A stretch of DNA of 32,000 nt from Flavobacteriaceae bacterium (GTDB taxonomy: Bacteria > Bacteroidota > Bacteroidia > Flavobacteriales > Flavobacteriaceae): NCBI GenBank assembly GCA_965224465.1, contig OZ245049.1, positions 720,001-752,000 on the forward strand, in the 5' to 3' direction. Below, piece by piece: positions 15,131 to 22,711 of this stretch. Position numbers and translations under genes: made by a program. Numbering within the stretch: position 1 is the stretch's first letter; each line of letters starts with the position of its first letter. The notes under the pieces were generated by a model. The model saw nothing but the letters and a program-made list of their open reading frames with translations, was not told the DNA's origin and did not search any database.

Positions 15131-17692
15131 TTAGTTGCCCACTAACTCAGCTGGGCTACTGTGGTTTACTGGTTCACTCATTGTTGCTTTTATATCTTCC
15201 AAAGCCTTGTCTAATGCTGTTTCTATACTGTTTTTTAAGTTTTCGTATTCTTCCATATTCAGTAATTCATATTCGTAACCTCTTGCTCTATTCCCTCCAA
15301 TTACACTTAAATATCCGTATCTATTCAAATCTGATAAGTGCCTATTTAATGTGGTTGGTGCAAAACGATATGTTTTTCTGATTTCTTTGCTGTAAAAACT
15401 CTTTTTTTGATGTTTGGATAGATAAGTTTTAAGCAGCTCTAAAAAATCCCTACACGCTTTTGTTAGTTCATCACTCTTTGCCAGCAATACAGTTTTTAGT
15501 AATTTATTGGCTTCTTCAATATCTTCTAAAGTAGTTTCTATGTAGTAGTTTCCTTGTTCGTCTTTTTTACGCTCTCTTTGATATTGATGATAAAATGTAA
15601 CTGTTTCAATGAATGATAAATAATGTGTATTGGTTCTTAATGGTTTAAAAACTGTTTCGGGAATATTTAGCTTTGTTGCATAGGGATTTACAACTTTTAC
15701 TTTCTCTAATAACCATTGTACATCTTTCAAAAATTCCCTGGCATTATTTTCTTCTTTCTTGTTGATTTTTCCTGCTGAACTATTTTGTTGATAGCTCATA
15801 ATGCCCTCTTTTTGTTGTTTGCTGTTGTCTAAATAAATGAGTAAACTTCTATTGGCATTATCTTCATAAATCTTTTCTTTGGTGGTTGTTCCGGCTAAAC
15901 AAATTGGGCCTTCTACTGTTAAGGTGATTGTCTTTAGATTTCCTTTAGCATCTTTTATTGGGATTGTTTTACTTATTTTTCGTTTACTCATTAACTCACG
16001 AATAGCATACAGAATCTTATCATCTTGTGCTCCGTCTAAATCTTCAATTAGTATGAGTTTGTTTTTAAGTTCTGTTCTGTCAAAATAGTAAAGTGCATTT
16101 TCTGATAATGCGGTGATTTCTAATTTATGTTCTTCCGGTATTAACTCACTTATTTTTTCTTGTAAATAGGTTTTTCCTGTTCCACTTGCTCCTAAACTTA
16201 TGATGTGTAATGGTTGTTCTCTTAATCTACTTGTAAAAACCAAATACATTAATAAACGGTTATTTTCTTCTCCAACCATTCCAGTTTTACCGATAAGCTC
16301 ATTTGTCTTTTGGAGTAGACTTTCTCCTTTTAAAAACTCAATTACTTTTTGTTTTCTTAGCTCGGTGAGTTCTCTTTGTTTCTTCTTTTGTGGTTTCTGT
16401 GAGTCAACTTGTCTTAATCTGTAATCTTCTAATCCGTTTATTAATTCTGCTATTGCGTATTGTATTTCACGTGTACCTAATTCTAATCTTTCGGCTACTT
16501 TTCTTATAAATTTCTCTGTTGCATCATCATTGTACAGGTCTAAATTACTTTGTCTGATGTTGTAAATAGGGCTTGGATTGTCGGTTCTTGTTATTCTTAA
16601 AGTAACTTTTAATTTATCTAAACTGAATAGGTTTATACCGCCTAAAACAGCTATTAGAATGTTGTTATTTTGGTAAGTTATGTATTCTGAGTTTTCTGTA
16701 TTTAAGCGGTGAGCCACCGCAGGCAATTCTTTTTCCTCTTGTATAAATTCAGTTTCTGAGCCGTATAAATTTACTCTTTCGCTTATTAAATGCTCTAAAA
16801 TACTTGGTTCGTGAGATTGTACCAAGCTGTTTACATCTTCTCCTTCCGGACAATTAATTTTACTTATGCTTAGATTATTGAAGAGTTGATTTAATTCTTT
16901 GGAATATTTATCCGTGGCATTGCCACCTGCTTCATCCCCATCAAAAAATAGGATTACTTCTTTTAAATTTTCTAACTTTAATAATACCTGTTTGTGTTCT
17001 TCAGTAAATCCGTTTGTTCCATAAAGTGCAAGTGTTTCAAAATTGGTGTATTTCTGAAGTGTGGCACTATCAATTATACTTTCTGTTAAAATGATTACTT
17101 GCGTTTCTTTGTTTGGGTATTTTGGATAAAGTCCTTTTCTGTTAGCTGTATAGTAGTGCGTTCCTGTTTTGGCTATATTTCTACCGTAGAAACTTACTAT
17201 CTCGTTTTGCTCATTTTTCAGAGGGTAAATGATGCAGTTTTTGAGTTGTTTAAAGTGAGTTCCATTATTATATCCTTGCTCTAATTTCACATCATAGATT
17301 CCTCTTTCTTCTAAATACGTTATTGCTTTTTTACTTCTGTGTAGGCTTTGTTTAAATTTGGGGTATAGTTCTTCAAAGTCTATAGTTTCAGCTTCTTCAA
17401 GTTTAGTATTCATAATTTTTAATTCATCATTCGTAATTCCAATAAGGCTTTTCGCCTTATTGATAGCTTTATGTTTGGTGCAGTTCTCTATTTCTTGTAT
17501 AAACTGTATTGCATCTCCTGTTTTATCACAACCAAAACAAGTGTAGGTATTTGTCTCTGGGTAAATTCTTAAACTTGGTTTTTCATCTTTATGGAATGGG
17601 CATTTGCAATGCTTGTTTTTATTCATTGCAATACTGTACTCGTTTAGTACTGTAACTATGCTTAATTGCTCTTTAATTTGCTTGATTTCCAT
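15131..17692 (-). CDS. DNA primase (CHC2 + TOPRIM) fused to a P-loop NTPase (mosaic allele)
   Basis: Same motifs as 7542..10070. The body is identical to 22712..25282, except that about 17075..17540 is identical to unit B. Confidence 0.85.
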   Translation of the reverse strand: MEIKQIKEQLSIVTVLNEYSIAMNKNKHCKCPFHKDEKPSLRIYPETNTYTCFGCDKTGDAIQFIQEIENCTKHKAINKAKSLIGITNDELKIMNTKLEEAETIDFEELYPKFKQSLHRSKKAITYLEERGIYDVKLEQGYNNGTHFKQLKNCIIYPLKNEQNEIVSFYGRNIAKTGTHYYTANRKGLYPKYPNKETQVIILTESIIDSATLQKYTNFETLALYGTNGFTEEHKQVLLKLENLKEVILFFDGDEAGGNATDKYSKELNQLFNNLSISKINCPEGEDVNSLVQSHEPSILEHLISERVNLYGSETEFIQEEKELPAVAHRLNTENSEYITYQNNNILIAVLGGINLFSLDKLKVTLRITRTDNPSPIYNIRQSNLDLYNDDATEKFIRKVAERLELGTREIQYAIAELINGLEDYRLRQVDSQKPQKKKQRELTELRKQKVIEFLKGESLLQKTNELIGKTGMVGEENNRLLMYLVFTSRLREQPLHIISLGASGTGKTYLQEKISELIPEEHKLEITALSENALYYFDRTELKNKLILIEDLDGAQDDKILYAIRELMSKRKISKTIPIKDAKGNLKTITLTVEGPICLAGTTTKEKIYEDNANRSLLIYLDNSKQQKEGIMSYQQNSSAGKINKKEENNAREFLKDVQWLLEKVKVVNPYATKLNIPETVFKPLRTNTHYLSFIETVTFYHQYQRERKKDEQGNYYIETTLEDIEEANKLLKTVLLAKSDELTKACRDFLELLKTYLSKHQKKSFYSKEIRKTYRFAPTTLNRHLSDLNRYGYLSVIGGNRARGYEYELLNMEEYENLKNSIETALDKALEDIKATMSEPVNHSSPAELVGN
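16706..16725. repeat. The same 20-nt element inside the primase CDS
   Basis: Read as ..LPAVAHR.. in a different reading frame from the recombinase copy. Confidence 0.75.
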
Positions 17693-17857
17693 CTTTTCTA
17701 AAATTATTTGAAAAAAGTTTTATATACCTATTTGCTACAAAGGTAACAAATAGGTAATAATTAACAATACTTTTAGATTGATTATTTTTCAATAATTACC
17801 CTATATTTGCATACAGAGAAGCAATAATGCGATAAAACAAGCTAATTATATACCTTT
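17693..17857. promoter_or_regulatory. Divergent primase/XRE control region (C/D type)
   Basis: TACCTTTG on the minus strand (17738..17745) lies 46 nt before the primase ATG. TATATTTG on the plus strand (17802..17809) lies 49 nt before the XRE ATG. The inverted repeat ACCTATTTG/CAAATAGGT sits at 17726..17734 and 17747..17755. Confidence 0.45.
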
Positions 17858-18196
17858 ATGACACTTGGCGAGAATATGGAAATAGTGAGAATGCAAAAGA
17901 AAATGTCACAAGCTGACTTAGCTAAACTTGCTGATGTGCATCAAAAAAACATTTCTAAGTATGAAAATGATGGCGTTATACCATCTGCTTTAGTTTTAAA
18001 AGAAATTGCTCGAGCTCTTGGGGTTACTACCGATTTTTTACTCGGTAGCCAAAGTGATACCGTAATTAAAGACGTGAAACTGCTAAACTTCTTTAAAGAA
18101 ATAGATAATATGCCTGACAACCTAAAAGGTTCTTTAGTACAGGTTATTGAAGCGTATGTACAGAATTATAAAGCTAAACAGGCTTATGCAGAATAA
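17858..18196 (+). CDS. XRE/Cro-C1 family HTH transcriptional regulator
   Basis: MSQADLAKLADVHQKNISKYENDGVIPSALVLKEIARALGVTTDFLLG. ATG start. Confidence 0.85.
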   Translation: MTLGENMEIVRMQKKMSQADLAKLADVHQKNISKYENDGVIPSALVLKEIARALGVTTDFLLGSQSDTVIKDVKLLNFFKEIDNMPDNLKGSLVQVIEAYVQNYKAKQAYAE

Positions 18197-18839
18197 ATTT
18201 TACACTTTAAAACCTGCAGTAGACACAAAAGAGACTGGAAATATTTTCCCTGCTGTAGAGAGTTATGAAGATTATGATTTTAACAGCTCTAATTCTGTAC
18301 ATAACTTAGATTCGGATAGCTTCCCTGATTTTACGCCTGATATTCGTCTTAAGCTTGCTAAAGGCGCAAAACTTTGTGACGTTATGGGACAAGGCACCAT
18401 TAGTGCTTGTGGATTATTGATAAGTCAAAATGTAAAAGATGTTTTTGAAAAATTTAACTTAATTCCACATAGGTATTTTGATGCAACTATTGAAGATAAA
18501 GGTGTAATTCATAAATACTATTGGGTACATTTTGTTTGGAAAGACGCGATAAATCATCTTAATTTTGAAAACAGTAAATTTCAAATTAATGAATTTGGCG
18601 ATAATCTTGGCGAGATAAAAATAAGAAATTATAAAGAACTACTTGAAAAGCAAACAGAATATGGATTTATGAAGACTATTTACAATTATGAAACAGAAAT
18701 GTTTACTGTAAATTCTAATTTATTTATTCACCCATTAAACAAAACGATTTATGTATCAGAGAAAATTTATAATTCTTTTTTACATAAATCGCTTAAAGGA
18801 ATTGATTTGTCACTAGCCCCAAATTTATTAATGAGGTAA
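18186..18839 (+). CDS. Putative immunity protein for the AHH nuclease module (possibly DUF1629/Imm11-like)
   Basis: Its 3' end overlaps the 3' end of the AHH toxin module by 12 nt in convergent orientation. The ATG at 18186 overlaps the XRE stop by 11 nt; the ORF-track start at 18147 is a TTG. The family guess comes from remembered sequence patterns (LLISQNVKDVFEKFNL, IYVSEKIYNSF...LKGI). Confidence 0.5.
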   Translation: MQNKFYTLKPAVDTKETGNIFPAVESYEDYDFNSSNSVHNLDSDSFPDFTPDIRLKLAKGAKLCDVMGQGTISACGLLISQNVKDVFEKFNLIPHRYFDATIEDKGVIHKYYWVHFVWKDAINHLNFENSKFQINEFGDNLGEIKIRNYKELLEKQTEYGFMKTIYNYETEMFTVNSNLFIHPLNKTIYVSEKIYNSFLHKSLKGIDLSLAPNLLMR

Positions 18840-19700
18840 GTTTAAATCTAAAAGATTTATTCTACCTGATGTTGCATTTATCTTATTTTCCAAAGAATTA
18901 GATAATCCTTCTATATATTGTTTCGTCAACTGAGGGTTTAAGTTTTTGTTTTTTACTCCATTGACTACTTGTTCACCCCACCAATTCAAATGTTCTCCTA
19001 TTTGATTTGTATAACTTGGATGTGGTCCGTGCTTCCCTAACCTTGTAGCTTTAGAATATTTATCTAATCCCATACCATTAGTAACCCCATTAAAGTCAAA
19101 ACCTCCTTCAACTGCTTTTTTAACAGTTGCGTTTTCTTTCAATAATTGAACAGGAAATAAATGATGAGCCTCTTGTCCTGACTGTATTCCTGATATTGTA
19201 CCTCTTAAATCACCTCTATGTTTAATAGTGTTTTTTACAATTTTAGAGCCATAAGATGACACATCTTCAACAAATCCAATACTACCATCTGCATTTTTCA
19301 CAAAACCACCTCCGATAATTGTTTCACCTGAACTGGTTTTAACTGAAGTCATTCCTGTAATAGGTGTAGTATTATTTCCTGTTGCTTTAAAAAAGTCATC
19401 TGATATTTCTAAAATCTCATCCGAACCATTTTTAACCACTCTTGCTATCTCATCACCATTTTGTGCTGTGATTTTTACAACATCATCTATTTTGTTGTAA
19501 TTTAAACCTAAATGAGCCCAATCATCAAACTTACTTGCAAGCTTTGGAAATATAGAAGCAATATCACCCACCGTATTAGCCAATTCTTCAAGCCTTTCAC
19601 TACTTTTTTCAATTGAAAAAAAAGTGTCGTTTGCACTTAAATTGAGTGTCGAAAAAACACTAAGTACAACAATTAGGAATATTTTAAATAAGCTGTTCAC
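18828..19700 (-). CDS. Displaced AHH-family (HNH/EndoVII) nuclease toxin module fused to a signal-peptide-like leader
   Basis: 18828..19583 is identical to 26418..27173. AHH motif GQEAHHLFP at 19161..19169. Leader MNSLFKIFLIVVLSVFSTLNLSA|ND with FFSIEKSS. GTG start. Confidence 0.7.
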   Translation of the reverse strand: MNSLFKIFLIVVLSVFSTLNLSANDTFFSIEKSSERLEELANTVGDIASIFPKLASKFDDWAHLGLNYNKIDDVVKITAQNGDEIARVVKNGSDEILEISDDFFKATGNNTTPITGMTSVKTSSGETIIGGGFVKNADGSIGFVEDVSSYGSKIVKNTIKHRGDLRGTISGIQSGQEAHHLFPVQLLKENATVKKAVEGGFDFNGVTNGMGLDKYSKATRLGKHGPHPSYTNQIGEHLNWWGEQVVNGVKNKNLNPQLTKQYIEGLSNSLENKINATSGRINLLDLNLPH

Positions 19701-20301
19701 GGATTACAAAGATAGTTGATTTCTTAGTTTTTGTTTTTCTTCAATTGAAAAAAAAATAAACACAAAGTTTAAGGCTTGATTTTTTGTAATTAATGCCTTA
19801 TCGAAATTTTCATTTTTTAGAATAATGCTCTATGGCATTGATTATAAAAAATGAGCATCCAAGGGGTTTGGGGAATGGAAGATTCCCCATATAAATAAAT
19901 CCTGCGTAGCAGACCTATTATTTTTTTTGTGCGGTTGGGAGCGTTGGATGTGTGGCTATTTTGCATAATACCAGTTATAACGACCTTTTTTTTCAATTGA
20001 AAATCAATTAATAAAGTCAAAAAAATGTGCGTAGCGAACTTATAACTTGTATTATGTAACTTAGCTTGGGGTTTAATTTTTTGGCATTGCTTTTTGTTCT
20101 GTGCGTTGGAGTAGCTTTTTGGTTTTGGCTTTTTTATTTTTAAAAAAACAAAAACAAAGTGCTACTTGTGGGATGGCTCACAAAAACTATGACAAAAAAT
20201 TAAACAGAAGGGATGGCGTGCGGAACAATATAAAACACAAAGGCTTTTTGCTTTTTCTGCAAAAAATTGGGTTTTATGTTGTGGGGATTTGTGCGGTGGA
20301 T
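19701..20301. other. Conserved non-coding region of the unit (D-type variant)
   Basis: Shares with 4139..4675 the hairpin arms, the TTCAATTGAA motifs and the block adjacent to the cargo stop codon. The ORFs listed here (19817..20020, 20101..20334) look spurious. Confidence 0.45.
19964..20056. repeat. The same 17-bp arms around a different, 59-nt spacer that contains TTCAATTGAA
   Basis: Arms at 19964..19980 and 20040..20056 are identical to those at 4350..4410. The spacer is unrelated. Confidence 0.7.
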
Positions 20302-20556
20302 TTAATAATGATATCTACATCCAATGATTTCTAATTCATCATTTTTAAACGAATATACAAGTCTGTGTTCTCCATCTATTCGCCTTGACCAATACCCTTG
20401 TAAATCGTGTTTTAATGGTTCTGGATTACCAATTCCATCAAAAGGATCTCTAAGTGTTGATTTTATTAATTCGTTAATTCTTTTTAGTTTCTTCTTGTCG
20501 GTAGATTGCCAATGAATATAATCTTTCCAAGCGGTGTTAGTCCAAGTTATTCTCAT
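20302..20556 (-). CDS. yoeB: YoeB/Txe-family type II toxin (RelE superfamily mRNA interferase)
   Basis: WTNTAWKDYIHWQSTDKKKLKRINELI...DPFDGIGNPEPLKHDLQGYWSRRIDGEHRLVY...IIGCRYHY. Overlaps the upstream antitoxin gene by 4 nt. Confidence 0.9.
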   Translation of the reverse strand: MRITWTNTAWKDYIHWQSTDKKKLKRINELIKSTLRDPFDGIGNPEPLKHDLQGYWSRRIDGEHRLVYSFKNDELEIIGCRYHY

Positions 20557-20804
20557 TCTTCAATTAAATTATGCACCTCTGATTTTCCTCTTTTAGATTC
20601 TTTTATTGACTGCATCAAAACATCTCTATTTTTACCTGATAATAAATAACTCGTTTCTTTTAATGAATTGTACTCATCTAAAGGGATTAAAACCAAGTCT
20701 TTATTATCTTTTCTCTTAATAATCAATTCTTCAACATCATTAATAACTAAATCCATCCATTTTTTTAAATTGACTCTTAAGTCTGTATAGTTTACCACTC
20801 TCAT
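20553..20804 (-). CDS. yefM: Phd/YefM-family type II antitoxin
   Basis: MRVVNYTDLRVNLKKWMDLVINDVEELIIKRKDNKDLVLIPLDEYNSLKETSYLL. Lies upstream of yoeB. A -7 box TATATTTG on the minus strand (20819..20826) lies 14 nt before the ATG. Confidence 0.88.
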   Translation of the reverse strand: MRVVNYTDLRVNLKKWMDLVINDVEELIIKRKDNKDLVLIPLDEYNSLKETSYLLSGKNRDVLMQSIKESKRGKSEVHNLIEE

Positions 20805-20829
20805 AATATTATCTTTTTACAAATATACT

Positions 20830-20855
20830 AAAAAAGTACTCATTTGAGTACTTTT
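20830..20855 (-). terminator. Rho-independent terminator-like hairpin between the recombinase operon and yefM-yoeB
   Basis: AAAAAGTACTC-ATTT-GAGTACTTTTT forms a perfect 11-bp stem with a T-run on the minus strand, 10 nt after the recombinase-like gene stop. Confidence 0.55.
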
Positions 20856-20864
20856 TATTAAGAT

Positions 20865-21746
20865 TTATCCCAATGGATGAAACATTTCTATTTGTTTACT
20901 CAAATTCTTCATATCCTTATTGCGGTACTTTTCAATATTTCCAACATCTTTATAACCTGCTAAATACTGAGCTTTTCTAAGTCCGTATAAATCAATCCAA
21001 ATGCCTATTCTTGATTGTTTGAGTTGGGTTAATCTTTTGATATTTATTTCTTGATTTTGTTCCTTTATAGTTCTTACCAATACTTTTAACTGGTCGTGAA
21101 CTCTCTGTTCTTTGTTGCAATTTGGACTAAACAAACGTTCACTTGATTCATTACTTTTTATTCCGTTTCTTCCAATTCCTCTAAAGTTTGTAATGTAATC
21201 GTGAAAAGGTATAATCTGATTGGCTTCTAGTTTTACTACTCTACTGTTTTTTCTTCTTACTCCTCCAGGTACTTTTATTATTCCTTTTTTTAGATCTAAA
21301 TCTGTTACTTCCAAATTCATTAAATCTTGTTTATCCAATGCCTGAAAAAGCATTAATCCCAACATTAATTTGTTACTGTATTTAAAATATCCGTGCTTAG
21401 TTTTGTTCTCATAATTAGTATAAATCGAGTTTAACTCGTCTTCTGTTAGTAGTAGTATTTGTTCTTGAGTTATTCCTTTAATCCTTACGTTTAATGCTAT
21501 GTTGTCTATTTTTAAAAAATGGTAATAATGTTCTATGGTTCTTAAAGTTGTATTGATGCTGGTCTTTGATTTTTCTTGTTCTTGAAGATGCCCTATGTAG
21601 TTTAATAATTGATTGTACTTTACTGTTTTGAATTTCAGCTTATTGCCTTTTAACCAAGTTGTAAATAGTCCAATTCTCATTATAAAATCTTTGATACACT
21701 TCTCGCTGTAATACCTTTCTATCAACCATTTTCTAAACTCTGTCAT
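20865..21746 (-). CDS. Tyrosine-recombinase-like protein with a degenerate catalytic set
   Basis: Identical to 13284..14165 except for the 3' end (LRKAQYLAGYKDVG...HPLG). Start set at the ATG at 21746. Confidence 0.6.
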   Translation of the reverse strand: MTEFRKWLIERYYSEKCIKDFIMRIGLFTTWLKGNKLKFKTVKYNQLLNYIGHLQEQEKSKTSINTTLRTIEHYYHFLKIDNIALNVRIKGITQEQILLLTEDELNSIYTNYENKTKHGYFKYSNKLMLGLMLFQALDKQDLMNLEVTDLDLKKGIIKVPGGVRRKNSRVVKLEANQIIPFHDYITNFRGIGRNGIKSNESSERLFSPNCNKEQRVHDQLKVLVRTIKEQNQEINIKRLTQLKQSRIGIWIDLYGLRKAQYLAGYKDVGNIEKYRNKDMKNLSKQIEMFHPLG

Positions 21747-21756
21747 CTTTATTTTA

Positions 21757-22611
21757 TTAGCTACCTGCCTCAGAATCTTCACTTATACGAACATATATTT
21801 GTGTGCTATCCAATCGTTTATGACCTAAAAAATCACCAATATATTCCAGTTCCATTCCTTGCTGTAAAAGATGAGTCGCAATGCTATGTCTAAGGCTGTG
21901 CAAAGTGGCTTGTTTTGTTATTCCTGCTTTTGATTGTAGTTTTTTTAACCTACTATTTAAATATTGTCCTGTTACTTGTGGTTTTGATTTTCCTACTAAT
22001 AAATACTTACTTTTCGAGTTGATTATCTCCCTTGAAAATTCAATGTATTCTTTTAAATCTGCTATTACTTTTTGACTCATTGGAACATATCTACTTTGAT
22101 AGTTTTTACTTGGTTTTATATAAATTAATCCTTTGTTAAAGTCGAGTTCTTTTGGTTCTAAATGAATGCCTTCTTTACTTCTTAATCCACAACCATAATA
22201 AATACTTAGCATTGCTTTATCCATTAATCCCAAAGGTTTATTTTCATCAATTGAAGAAAAAAGTTGTTTAATTTCTTCTTGACTAAAAATTATTCTTTCT
22301 GTTTTGATTTCTCTTTCTACTATGATTTTACCTGTTACTAATTTTTGCTTTTTAGTTAATTCTAAAAAGGCACTATATCTATTGATTACATTGATGTAAC
22401 CTTGTATTGATTGTCTTGCTAATTTGGTTTGATGCAAGCCTTTTATAAACTCTTCTATCTCTTGTTGATTAGGCGGTGAGCCACCGCAGGCAGTTTTTAG
22501 GTATTTAAAAAAAACAGCTAATAACCTTACATATCCTTTAATCGTACTTTCTGCATAACCTAATCTTACTAACCAATTTTCAAAGTTTTCTAATTCTTCT
22601 TTTACGTTCAT
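21757..22611 (-). CDS. Tyrosine recombinase / integrase (canonical catalytic residues)
   Basis: Identical to 14176..15030 at an offset of 7581. Confidence 0.85.
   Translation of the reverse strand: MNVKEELENFENWLVRLGYAESTIKGYVRLLAVFFKYLKTACGGSPPNQQEIEEFIKGLHQTKLARQSIQGYINVINRYSAFLELTKKQKLVTGKIIVEREIKTERIIFSQEEIKQLFSSIDENKPLGLMDKAMLSIYYGCGLRSKEGIHLEPKELDFNKGLIYIKPSKNYQSRYVPMSQKVIADLKEYIEFSREIINSKSKYLLVGKSKPQVTGQYLNSRLKKLQSKAGITKQATLHSLRHSIATHLLQQGMELEYIGDFLGHKRLDSTQIYVRISEDSEAGS
22473..22492. repeat. The same 20-nt element (unit D recombinase)
   Basis: Offset of 7581 from 14892. Confidence 0.75.
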
Positions 22612-22711
22612 AGTTTTAATAATTGGATACCGAACCTTTCGACTTAGGGGGGTGCTGTGCATTTGGGGATTTTACTGGGTTACCTCTGTAACTTATTGAT
22701 AGTCGGTTAGT

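Larger units (their letters stand above)
11576..19583 (-). mobile_element. Unit C (8008 bp): AHH module, immunity, XRE, mosaic primase-NTPase, two recombinases, DUF1016, non-coding region, leader
   Basis: 13441..19583 is nearly identical to 21022..27173. 11556..13457 is identical to 4002..5903. Confidence 0.45.

Noticed and set aside
19817-20334. ORFs 19817..20020 (minus), 20101..20334 (plus) and 20324..20515 (plus)
   Set aside because: The first two lie in the conserved non-coding region across the hairpin and palindromes, and have no counterpart in the homologous A/B region. The third is antisense to yoeB.
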